A stretch of 39,201 nt of DNA. Origin: a virus. Positions 16,310-23,186 of this stretch are shown here, piece after piece (position 1 is the stretch's first letter; the number at the start of each line of letters is the position of its first letter). The notes beneath the pieces are model-generated. The model did not search any database and had not been told where the DNA came from. It was given only the letters and a program-made list of their open reading frames with translations. Made by a program: the position numbers and the translations under genes. The stretch is taken from positions 1-39,201 of IMG/VR virus record IMGVR_UViG_3300047494_000030; one strand, given 5' to 3'.

Positions 16310-17488
16310 TTAGATTGGCATCAGCAGGCAAGTGTCGCTGGTACCGCCGACAGTTACCGTGGTGACAGCAGCGGTACCTGGTGCTGCACCGGATGAGTAC
16401 GAAGCGAAAGTCGGTACCGCCTGAATGTTCACGCCGGTAAAAACACCAGCCAGTGACGGCAAGCCCGTCGTCGCAGCCACAGTCACGGCCGGGAAAATCG
16501 GAATCGACAAGCCTTTGTCGAACAACGGATTCGCGTTCGCTGCGGTACCGGCAACATACCCGCCGAAGAAGGCACCACCTGCTCCCACGTAACCGACGCC
16601 TGGCGTTGACTGCGTGAAGCCGGTCACGGTGAAGTTCATGATCGCGGTCGCGGCAATCGTCGAGGCGGGTGCGAACGTAAACGTCGGCACAGCGGTGAGC
16701 GGGGTACCGTAAGGCTGCGGCTGAACCGTGCCGCCAGCGACTTGACCCGTCACCGTGGCACGTGGCCACATGGCGAGCAGAACACCGGACTGAGCAAGCG
16801 TTGCGTTCGGCGTCAGCACTGCGCCGCCACCGGTCAAATCGCCCGGTACCGGCACCACGGTCAATTGAGGCACAGCCACCAGACCAGCACCCACGTTCAG
16901 CACCGTCACGCCGGTAATCACGCCGGCCGTCAGCGTTGCAACTGCTGTCGGAAGGATGTACGGGGTCGATCCTTGGTTGTTCGGCGGCGCGAAGACGAGG
17001 ATCGGCGGCGCTTGGTAGAGCGTACCGCCTGCGGTGATCGTGATGGTGGTGTTGATCGCCCCACCCACCAGCGTGTTCCACGTGGAACCGCCGGCAGATG
17101 GAGTAACCACAACGGTATTGAAGCCGTTTGCCAGACCAGTACCCCCGTTCGTGATCAGCGCGCCAACCGGGCAACCCGTCGTGTTCGCCAGACGGAAGTT
17201 GGTACCGTCCGAAGAGAACGGGAACATCGCCATCGGCGAGACGTTGACATCGCGCCAGTACTGCAGGCCCGGGTCATAGGTCTGCAGCGACGAATACTGA
17301 CCGAGCTGCAGAGCATATTGGCCCGTCAGTTCGTTACCAGTGCCGAGCTGCGGCGAATTGATCGCGCCGAAGGTACCCAGGATGCCTTGACCAGCCGGCA
17401 GGATGAAGAGGCCGCCCGCAGGCAGTGAGATCGGGAGCGCTGCGCCTGGCAGTACAACCTGACCCGAGATTTTGTTGAAGCCTGGCAT
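16310..17488 (-). CDS. Virion structural protein with repeated beta modules (head decoration or fibre candidate)
   Basis: 392 aa directly downstream of the major capsid gene, Gly/Thr/Val/Ala/Pro-rich. Recurrent modules include ITNGGTGLANGF, ITAGGTLYQAPPILVF and TPGVGYVGAGG. Confidence 0.4.
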   Translation of the reverse strand: MPGFNKISGQVVLPGAALPISLPAGGLFILPAGQGILGTFGAINSPQLGTGNELTGQYALQLGQYSSLQTYDPGLQYWRDVNVSPMAMFPFSSDGTNFRLANTTGCPVGALITNGGTGLANGFNTVVVTPSAGGSTWNTLVGGAINTTITITAGGTLYQAPPILVFAPPNNQGSTPYILPTAVATLTAGVITGVTVLNVGAGLVAVPQLTVVPVPGDLTGGGAVLTPNATLAQSGVLLAMWPRATVTGQVAGGTVQPQPYGTPLTAVPTFTFAPASTIAATAIMNFTVTGFTQSTPGVGYVGAGGAFFGGYVAGTAANANPLFDKGLSIPIFPAVTVAATTGLPSLAGVFTGVNIQAVPTFASYSSGAAPGTAAVTTVTVGGTSDTCLLMPI

Positions 17489-17500
17489 GTCCTGATCCCC

Positions 17501-18508
17501 TTAAATGGTGACGAAGGTGAAGCCGGTCACAACCGTGCAGACCTTCGGCTTCGCCACAACCAGCTCGAGCAGACTGAGCACCGCGCCAATGTAGCCGATC
17601 TGGAAGTTCGACAGCGTCGACTCAAAGCCGGTGAACGCAAACGCGGCCCGCTCGTGAATATAGAACGCCAGATAGCCGGTGTTCAGCAGGTACATCGTGC
17701 CTTCCGGGCAGTACGGGTCCATGTAGATCGGCACACCGGAGACCATGAGCGCCCGGAACGCGGAGCGAGCGCCCCAAGGTTCGTCGTCAAAGCCCTTCTC
17801 CGGGGTGATCACATAGGATTCGTTCGGCAGGAAGTCGTTTTGCAGCGTCTGCCAGGTTGCTGGCCCCATGACGCCGAAAGTTGGCATCTCACCGCCGTAC
17901 TTGAAGCAACCCGTGATGTACTGCGCCACCAGAGCCCGCGTCGGGTTGGTCGCACCGGCGTTGTAGCGCTTCGATTTGAGCCACGGCTGCAGCGTGCGCG
18001 ACTGGCCGCCGTAGGTGACAAGGTTGGTGCCATCGTCGACCGCACCAGGCAGGCCCACCACCTGCTGCGTGTTCGAAATGTTGCTGTAGAGCGCCGTCGC
18101 AACGCCGTCGCAATACACGTTGCCGGCATCGTTCATGCGGGCAGCGAGCAGCGGGATAATTTCGTGGCTGTCTTGCAACAGACCTTCAAAGCCGAGGTAG
18201 GGAATCGGAATAACCGCGGCCTTGAGGTTGAATTCAAGGTTGAACACGCCTTGCTGGACCGCTGGCTGATTGAACGAGCCATCGTAGCCAACCCATTGCA
18301 TGTTCACGAACTGAGCGCCCTGCGCCGGGATGGTGACTGACGACACGCCGCCTGATGCTGGCTGCGAATTGGCGATCAACGCCGCCGTGAGTGGCGACGT
18401 GTTGTAGATCTGGACGACGAGCTTCTTGACGAAGGCCCGACGGACAACGTATTGAAGTTCGTTCCCAAGTGCGCCTGATGGGATTACGCCCTGACCTAGT
18501 TGCGGCAT
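17501..18508 (-). CDS. Major capsid protein (HK97-fold type)
   Basis: 335 aa immediately after the scaffold-like gene and preceded by a strong SD (GGGAGAGAGG). Size and composition fit podovirus coat proteins. The call rests on synteny. Confidence 0.7.
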   Translation of the reverse strand: MPQLGQGVIPSGALGNELQYVVRRAFVKKLVVQIYNTSPLTAALIANSQPASGGVSSVTIPAQGAQFVNMQWVGYDGSFNQPAVQQGVFNLEFNLKAAVIPIPYLGFEGLLQDSHEIIPLLAARMNDAGNVYCDGVATALYSNISNTQQVVGLPGAVDDGTNLVTYGGQSRTLQPWLKSKRYNAGATNPTRALVAQYITGCFKYGGEMPTFGVMGPATWQTLQNDFLPNESYVITPEKGFDDEPWGARSAFRALMVSGVPIYMDPYCPEGTMYLLNTGYLAFYIHERAAFAFTGFESTLSNFQIGYIGAVLSLLELVVAKPKVCTVVTGFTFVTI

Positions 18509-18574
18509 TTCCTCTCTCCCTAATTTTGCCGCCCGGGACGGTCAACCCCGAGAAGCAATAAAATTGCGATTCGC

Positions 18575-19150
18575 TTACGCGGCTACCTTACCCGATGTCA
18601 CGTCGTTCCATGCAGAAAACGCTTCGTTCAATGCAATCTTGTCGAGCGCCTGCTTGTTGCCGATGCCCTTACCCCACACGTCGGATTCTGGCATCTCGAA
18701 TGTCGGTGAAGACAGCGATGCCGGCGTTGGTGCGGCGTTTTGCTTGCTGGCGGCAAAGACACGCGCAGCAGAAATGTAGCCGGGAATGCGTTGATCAGGA
18801 TCGGCGTGCGTCATGAGTTTTTCAACCTCGAGCATTTCGTCATCGCTGAGGCGGAACTGCGCTTGCGCCGTGGCGCGCTGCTTTTCAAGACGCTGCGTGA
18901 TCTGACCTTCTAGGATGGTGTTCTGTAACTTCTCGATCTGCTCGTCGCGCGTCTTCAATTCTTCACGCACCAGATCGCGGGTCTCAAGCTCGGGTATGTG
19001 AGCATTCGGATTTTGCAGCTTGATCAGACGCTGCAACGATTCGCGCGTCTTTGGATCGCCGGACAGCGTAGCAACCAGCTTGTGTGAGCCCTCGAGCGCA
19101 CGAGCGTGCGCGAGGAGTTGGTCGGTTGTCAGATCTTCAAGTGATGGCAT
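18575..19150 (-). CDS. Scaffolding protein candidate
   Basis: 191 aa, highly charged and helical (Glu/Leu/Gln/Arg/Lys rich), directly upstream of the capsid gene. Confidence 0.6.
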   Translation of the reverse strand: MPSLEDLTTDQLLAHARALEGSHKLVATLSGDPKTRESLQRLIKLQNPNAHIPELETRDLVREELKTRDEQIEKLQNTILEGQITQRLEKQRATAQAQFRLSDDEMLEVEKLMTHADPDQRIPGYISAARVFAASKQNAAPTPASLSSPTFEMPESDVWGKGIGNKQALDKIALNEAFSAWNDVTSGKVAA

Positions 19151-19185
19151 AGTCGTGTGTCGGTCAAAGGGTCACGTCAATGGGA

Positions 19186-19368
19186 TCAGCCGCGTCCGCC
19201 GTTCGGCTTGCTGATATGCAAGGGATTCTTTTGCGCGATGCGCGACGGTTTGTCAAGACCACCATGCTCGGCATAGCGCGGCGGGTTGATGATTTGGCCA
19301 TTTTCCTTTTGCGGATCGGTCGGCTTGCGCAGTCCTTCGGTGGACGGTTCAAGAAAGCGGTTTGCCAT
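19186..19368 (-). CDS. Hypothetical Pro/Lys/Gly-rich protein, 60 aa
   Basis: Start taken at the internal Met (MANRFLEPS...). Its ATG at 19368 lies one base (19369) downstream of the stop (19370-19372) of the upstream gene. The competing overlapping frame (19164-19352) has an Arg-rich off-frame-like composition. Confidence 0.45.
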   Translation of the reverse strand: MANRFLEPSTEGLRKPTDPQKENGQIINPPRYAEHGGLDKPSRIAQKNPLHISKPNGGRG

Positions 19369-19369
19369 T

Positions 19370-19843
19370 CTAAGCTCCTGGTTGCGGTTGCTGAGGTTGT
19401 TGCGGCTGACCGCCACCACCACGCATCTGTTTCATGATCTGTCGCTGTACTTCGGTGCCGCCGCCCATCTGCGGCATGCTCCGCGCCATCTGCAAAACTT
19501 CGGCTGGCACAAGGTCGCCGGAGTCCCGCTTTGCCGCAAGAGTACCAAGACTTTGAAGCGCGCGCATTATTTTTTGCCCCTCTTTGCTTTCGGAGCCAAA
19601 AACAGGCAGCGCTTCCTCAAGCATGTTCATTGCGATATGGACGTTGACTTGAGCCGCGGCTTTCAGGCCCTCCTTTTGCTGAGGATCTGACATCGGTGAG
19701 GCGGACGGAGAAGCCATACCGCCGACACTTGCTGCGCCGGGTGGCGCGCCGGCTCCGGGTTGGGGCTGCGCGCCACCGGCCTGCGGCGGGGCTCCGCCAC
19801 CAGCACCCATCTGAGCCTTCAAGACTTCCGGGGGGACACTCAC
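19370..19843 (-). CDS. Low-complexity Gly/Pro/Gln/Ala-rich head-assembly-region protein, 157 aa
   Basis: GTG start forms a GTGA overlap with the stop of mini-ORF 7. The ends are low-complexity around a central helical segment. Confidence 0.55.
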   Translation of the reverse strand: MSVPPEVLKAQMGAGGGAPPQAGGAQPQPGAGAPPGAASVGGMASPSASPMSDPQQKEGLKAAAQVNVHIAMNMLEEALPVFGSESKEGQKIMRALQSLGTLAAKRDSGDLVPAEVLQMARSMPQMGGGTEVQRQIMKQMRGGGGQPQQPQQPQPGA

Positions 19844-19902
19844 TTGCGGCGACTCCGACGCTTATAGCCTTCGCGTGCTGGGTGGCCCGTCTCGTTGATC
19901 AT
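19840..19902 (-). CDS. Mini-ORF 7, 20 aa polybasic peptide MINETGHPAREGYKRRSRRK
   Basis: ATG with AGGTGA 4 nt upstream. The stop overlaps the GTG start of the next gene. Confidence 0.4.
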   Translation of the reverse strand: MINETGHPAREGYKRRSRRK

Positions 19903-19906
19903 GGTT

Positions 19907-19933
19907 TCACCTGTGCTTCTTGCGGTCACGCAT
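19907..19933 (-). CDS. Mini-ORF 6, 8 aa polybasic peptide MRDRKKHR
   Basis: ATG with GGAG 5 nt upstream. It is very short, so it is only supported as part of the array. Confidence 0.25.
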   Translation of the reverse strand: MRDRKKHR

Positions 19934-19959
19934 ACGTGCTCCGCGATGGCCGCTTTCGT

Positions 19960-20112
19960 TCATCTGTTGGTCAGCCTCATCGGCGCGCGAACGCCTGCGG
20001 TGCGATTCGGCATCCGAAACTGGCCGCCTGGCATGGCGGGCGCAGCAGCACGCGGCGCCACGGCACGACCAGGAGGTTTGAAACCCTGCATTGGGCTACC
20101 ACGAAGAGCCAT
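19960..20112 (-). CDS. Mini-ORF 5, 50 aa Arg/Pro/Ala-rich peptide MALRGSPMQGFKPPGRAVAPRAAAPAMPGGQFRMPNRTAGVRAPMRLTNR
   Basis: ATG with GGAGG 6 nt upstream. It has 8 Arg, 1 Lys and no acidic residues. Confidence 0.5.
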   Translation of the reverse strand: MALRGSPMQGFKPPGRAVAPRAAAPAMPGGQFRMPNRTAGVRAPMRLTNR

Positions 20113-20162
20113 GACCTACCTCCGCATAGGGAAGCGCTTGGTGCGCGACGATTTGATCTCGT

Positions 20163-20246
20163 TCATGCAGATCTCCGGCCTTTGTGTTTGGTCCGAGCGC
20201 CCTTCAACCGGGCGGGCCGACCTTGAATCTCGTTATCAAAACCCAT
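20163..20246 (-). CDS. Mini-ORF 4, 27 aa polybasic peptide MGFDNEIQGRPARLKGARTKHKGRRSA
   Basis: ATG with AAGGAA 6 nt upstream. It shares the GR(L)PARLKGxRxK motif with mini-ORF 3, using different synonymous codons. Confidence 0.5.
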   Translation of the reverse strand: MGFDNEIQGRPARLKGARTKHKGRRSA

Positions 20247-20256
20247 TTCGATTTCC

Positions 20257-20328
20257 TTAGCGCCGCTTGTTGCGTCCGCCTTTAAGGCGAGCCGGCAAAC
20301 GACCAGGGACAACAGAAGCAGCGGTCAT
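20257..20328 (-). CDS. Mini-ORF 3, 23 aa polybasic peptide MTAASVVPGRLPARLKGGRNKRR
   Basis: ATG with GGGAG 6 nt upstream. It is a paralogue of mini-ORF 4 at the peptide level. Confidence 0.5.
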   Translation of the reverse strand: MTAASVVPGRLPARLKGGRNKRR

Positions 20329-20345
20329 GGAAAACTCCCAAGAAT

Positions 20346-20383
20346 GGAAAAAGGGGTGAGCGCCTCGCGTGGTCACTCACCCC
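20346..20383 (-). terminator. Intrinsic-terminator-like hairpin inside the late operon
   Basis: On the minus strand: GGGGTGAG, a 15-nt loop, then CTCACCCC followed by TTTTTCC. It lies directly after the stop of mini-ORF 2. Confidence 0.6.
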
Positions 20384-20388
20384 GGGGA

Positions 20389-20424
20389 TTACTTACGGCT
20401 GTGCTTGCGGCGATGACGGGCCAT
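20389..20424 (-). CDS. Mini-ORF 2, 11 aa polybasic peptide MARHRRKHSRK
   Basis: ATG with a consensus AAGGAG SD 6 nt upstream, followed at once by the hairpin. Confidence 0.4.
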   Translation of the reverse strand: MARHRRKHSRK

Positions 20425-20489
20425 GATCTGCTCCTTTTACTAAGGCGGCCACCTAGTCCCGGTCAGGCAGCCACAACCGTGTCAAGAGA

Positions 20490-20633
20490 TCAGCCGCGAC
20501 TGGACTTCGATCGCGACATCTTCCCGCGCTTCATCCGGATATTAAACTTACCCGATGGATTGCGGTTGAAATTCTTTTTGTACGCGCCGCCAGGCGTGTC
20601 CTTGGTCCCGCGCTTCGTGCCTTCACCGGCCAT
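20490..20633 (-). CDS. Mini-ORF 1, 47 aa Lys/Arg/Gly-rich peptide MAGEGTKRGTKDTPGGAYKKNFNRNPSGKFNIRMKRGKMSRSKSSRG
   Basis: The ATG lies 2 nt after the portal stop, with AAGGGAAGGAAG upstream. It has 14 basic and 2 acidic residues. Confidence 0.5.
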   Translation of the reverse strand: MAGEGTKRGTKDTPGGAYKKNFNRNPSGKFNIRMKRGKMSRSKSSRG

Positions 20634-20635
20634 GA

Positions 20636-22336
20636 TCACTTCCTTCCCTTAGAGTGCGCGTCCGGGTGAGGCTGACCGGCCATCGCTGCTAGTTGCTTGT
20701 CCTTCTCTTCCTTCGCCTCGATTTCCTTCAGTTCTTCGAGCAGCTCTTGCACATGCGGTGGATCATAAGCTCTCAACAGTGCGGCACGGTTGATGGCATG
20801 CGCCTTGAACAGCTCATCGGCATCCTTTTTCCGGTCTTCAACGAAGATCGGGGACGACGAATGAGCATCAACCTTGACCTCATAGTCCTTTGTAAACTGC
20901 TCCGCGATAAATGTCAAAGGTTCCTTGGCGCCGGGCAGCATGACCTGAAAGCGCTGCGCACTCGATTCCTGGATGTTGCAGAGCATGAGCGATGCCACGT
21001 CTTCGGCCTGCTCCTCCACCACCGCAGCGCGCGCTTTGGGGCGCGACGATCCGAGACGAGCCATCAGATCGGCCTGGCCACGCGAGCGCACACCCGACTC
21101 GCCCTTGCCTTGAAGAATATGTCCGAGCCCTGCAACATCGTCGAACATGCTATCGATCTGGTCAAGATCCTTGAAGAGCGTCTCAGGCACGTCCGGCTTC
21201 TCGATGCTGACCTTCGACATTGTCGTCGGCGCCGACAGGCGACCGCCTGGCGTATAGAAGGCAAGGAATTTTTCATCGGCGATACCCCCCATGCCGGTAC
21301 CGACGGCTGGTGGATCTACCTGTAGCGCCATGAGCTTGCGAATCTGCATGACGCGCTCAGTGCGCCAATCCTGCAGCCACGCCAGTCGCGCCACGTAGGA
21401 CTCGCCCCAAAAGTAGTCGTAGAGATTGTTCTCTGGGCGGATCACGACGAAGTGCGGCCGGCCGGCGACGCCGACCCGCTTCTGCGGTCGATCAAAGATC
21501 GTCACGTCAGGAGAGGCGATGCTCGCCAGCTGGTAGTCCTTGGTCTCGTCGTCGAACACGTAGAGGTCGACCATGTCGACGAGTTCGGCCTGCACGCTAG
21601 GCTGATAGCTGTACTGGACCGTGCCTCGGCCAGCAACGCCACCCTCGATCGAGGAACTCCCACCTTGCAGTGCAACACTGCCACTGACGCCGTCGACCGG
21701 GCCGCCGATGATCAGGCGGTTGAGACCTTCCGCAAACGGCCTGGCACTCTCTGTCGAGCCGGCGCGCGCAACGCGCTTCATGATCTGCTCACGCCGCGGG
21801 TTGCCCTCGAGCTTGCCGTACAACTCGGTTTTGGTGATGGTGTAGCACATGCAGAAGGCTTCCTGATCCGAGAGGTCCGGAATGTCTTCGCGCAGCACGC
21901 CGAACTGATGCGGCTCGAGCAGGTATGACCTGATGGTCTTGGAGCGCTCGCTCCACTGCACCTTCATGAGCATGGAGCCGAACACCAGCGACCACTTCAG
22001 ACCCATACCGAAATTCAAATGCGTCTTGCTCATGCGCCACTGGTCAGTCACTTCGCGCGCCAGCGGCACCGACTTGTGAATATCGTCTTCGACAGACGTG
22101 GCGCCGCAGTAGATCGAGAAGCGAACAGCGTCAGGCGAATACAGGAACGAGGCCATCGTGTCGATGGTCGATCCGATCTTGTTGTAGGGAGCCCCTGCTG
22201 GGTCTTGGCCGCCGAACAGAAAGTAGTTCCGCAACATCGAGTACAAGGCAAAGCGGTTATTGCGCGATGCGAGGCACTGATCGATCAGCTCATCGTAGAA
22301 GGCCTGACGCAGTACCGGATCTGACGGAATGATCAC
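20636..22336 (-). CDS. Portal protein
   Basis: 566 aa, downstream of the large terminase in the packaging/head module. Size and the charged C-terminal helix (EELKEIEAKEEKDKQ) fit a portal. The call rests on synteny. Confidence 0.7.
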   Translation of the reverse strand: MIIPSDPVLRQAFYDELIDQCLASRNNRFALYSMLRNYFLFGGQDPAGAPYNKIGSTIDTMASFLYSPDAVRFSIYCGATSVEDDIHKSVPLAREVTDQWRMSKTHLNFGMGLKWSLVFGSMLMKVQWSERSKTIRSYLLEPHQFGVLREDIPDLSDQEAFCMCYTITKTELYGKLEGNPRREQIMKRVARAGSTESARPFAEGLNRLIIGGPVDGVSGSVALQGGSSSIEGGVAGRGTVQYSYQPSVQAELVDMVDLYVFDDETKDYQLASIASPDVTIFDRPQKRVGVAGRPHFVVIRPENNLYDYFWGESYVARLAWLQDWRTERVMQIRKLMALQVDPPAVGTGMGGIADEKFLAFYTPGGRLSAPTTMSKVSIEKPDVPETLFKDLDQIDSMFDDVAGLGHILQGKGESGVRSRGQADLMARLGSSRPKARAAVVEEQAEDVASLMLCNIQESSAQRFQVMLPGAKEPLTFIAEQFTKDYEVKVDAHSSSPIFVEDRKKDADELFKAHAINRAALLRAYDPPHVQELLEELKEIEAKEEKDKQLAAMAGQPHPDAHSKGRK

Positions 22337-22818
22337 GCAGCAACCTTGCCCTCAGCCGAGGCGTCCTGTCTGGCGACAGTGCGCTCGGTGCGCTTCATGG
22401 GCAAGACCTCCCTGGTAATACCGGTGCTTGCCGCCTGTCGCATCCCGTCTGGCACATGCTCGACGGTACCATCCTTGTGCCGGTAGTTGGCGCCCTGCGC
22501 CGCTTTCTGAGTGAGTGCGTTGAAGTTCATGCCGAGATTCTTTTCAGCTTCCTTGGTGCCCCACAGCAGTTGCTTGCCGGCGTCGCCACCATAGGCAGTG
22601 TCGCCTTCGCGCTGCGCCGAGCGGAAGTTGCTGATGCCCATGCTCTCAGCCGATTTGCGGATGCCGGCGTCAAAGCGCTTGGTCGCATCCGAGCGCGTGC
22701 CCGGCGCTTTCAGGTAGACCTTGATGACGTCTTCAGACTCGCAGCCAAGCTCGGGGCAAATCGGGTGAGATCCTTCGAACACTCCATGCAGGGAGCACTT
22801 GTAGTCGTTCAGGATCAT
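22333..22818 (-). CDS. Hypothetical protein with N-terminal Cys/His zinc-ribbon-like motif, 161 aa
   Basis: The sequence CSLHGVFEGSHPICPELGC lies at the N-terminus. The stop forms an ATGA overlap with the portal start. Confidence 0.5.
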   Translation of the reverse strand: MILNDYKCSLHGVFEGSHPICPELGCESEDVIKVYLKAPGTRSDATKRFDAGIRKSAESMGISNFRSAQREGDTAYGGDAGKQLLWGTKEAEKNLGMNFNALTQKAAQGANYRHKDGTVEHVPDGMRQAASTGITREVLPMKRTERTVARQDASAEGKVAA

Positions 22819-23186
22819 GGTTTTCTCAGCCTCGGGCCGCTTGCGGTGATGTCAATGCCAAAGCGCATGCCAGTCTGCGGCGCCGCCTCAGTCTTGGCAG
22901 GCTTGACTCGCTCGAGCTCGGCAATCTTCGTCGTTTTCACGAGAGCCAGCTCCCCACGGTCTACGGCCAAGAACATGCGCGAGAGCAGCAGCTGGTCGCG
23001 ATCGGTAAACTCGGCCTTGTCGGCCGCCAGATTCCGGATATGAACCTGGCTGCGCCCAATATACCGCGCAACATCGGCCAACCGCAACTGTTGTGGGCGA
23101 CCTTTGACGTGAGGGGCTTCGCCGGGCTCGAGCCGGCATGCAGCGAGCCTCCTTCGCAGTTCGGCGCGGGGCAGCGTGTTGATCAC
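22815..23186 (-). CDS. Hypothetical protein with HTH-like segment, 123 aa
   Basis: The segment LRLADVARYIGRSQVHIRNLA resembles a helix-turn-helix. The gene overlaps both the terminase stop and the next gene. Confidence 0.45.
   Translation of the reverse strand: MINTLPRAELRRRLAACRLEPGEAPHVKGRPQQLRLADVARYIGRSQVHIRNLAADKAEFTDRDQLLLSRMFLAVDRGELALVKTTKIAELERVKPAKTEAAPQTGMRFGIDITASGPRLRKP

Noticed and set aside
16185-17174. 329-aa minus-strand ORF overlapping the 392-aa structural gene in another frame
   Set aside because: The composition is Arg/Cys/His/Trp-rich, typical of an off-frame reading of GC-rich coding DNA. There is no independent start context, and it lies fully inside a better gene.
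19696-20652. Plus-strand ORFs (176, 121 and 102 aa) opposite the mini-ORF array as the real genes of this region
   Set aside because: They would be transcribed against the operon, have Arg/Pro/His-rich off-frame-like composition, and lack SD sequences. By contrast, every minus-strand mini-ORF has an SD at correct spacing, and two of them show peptide-level conservation with synonymous changes.
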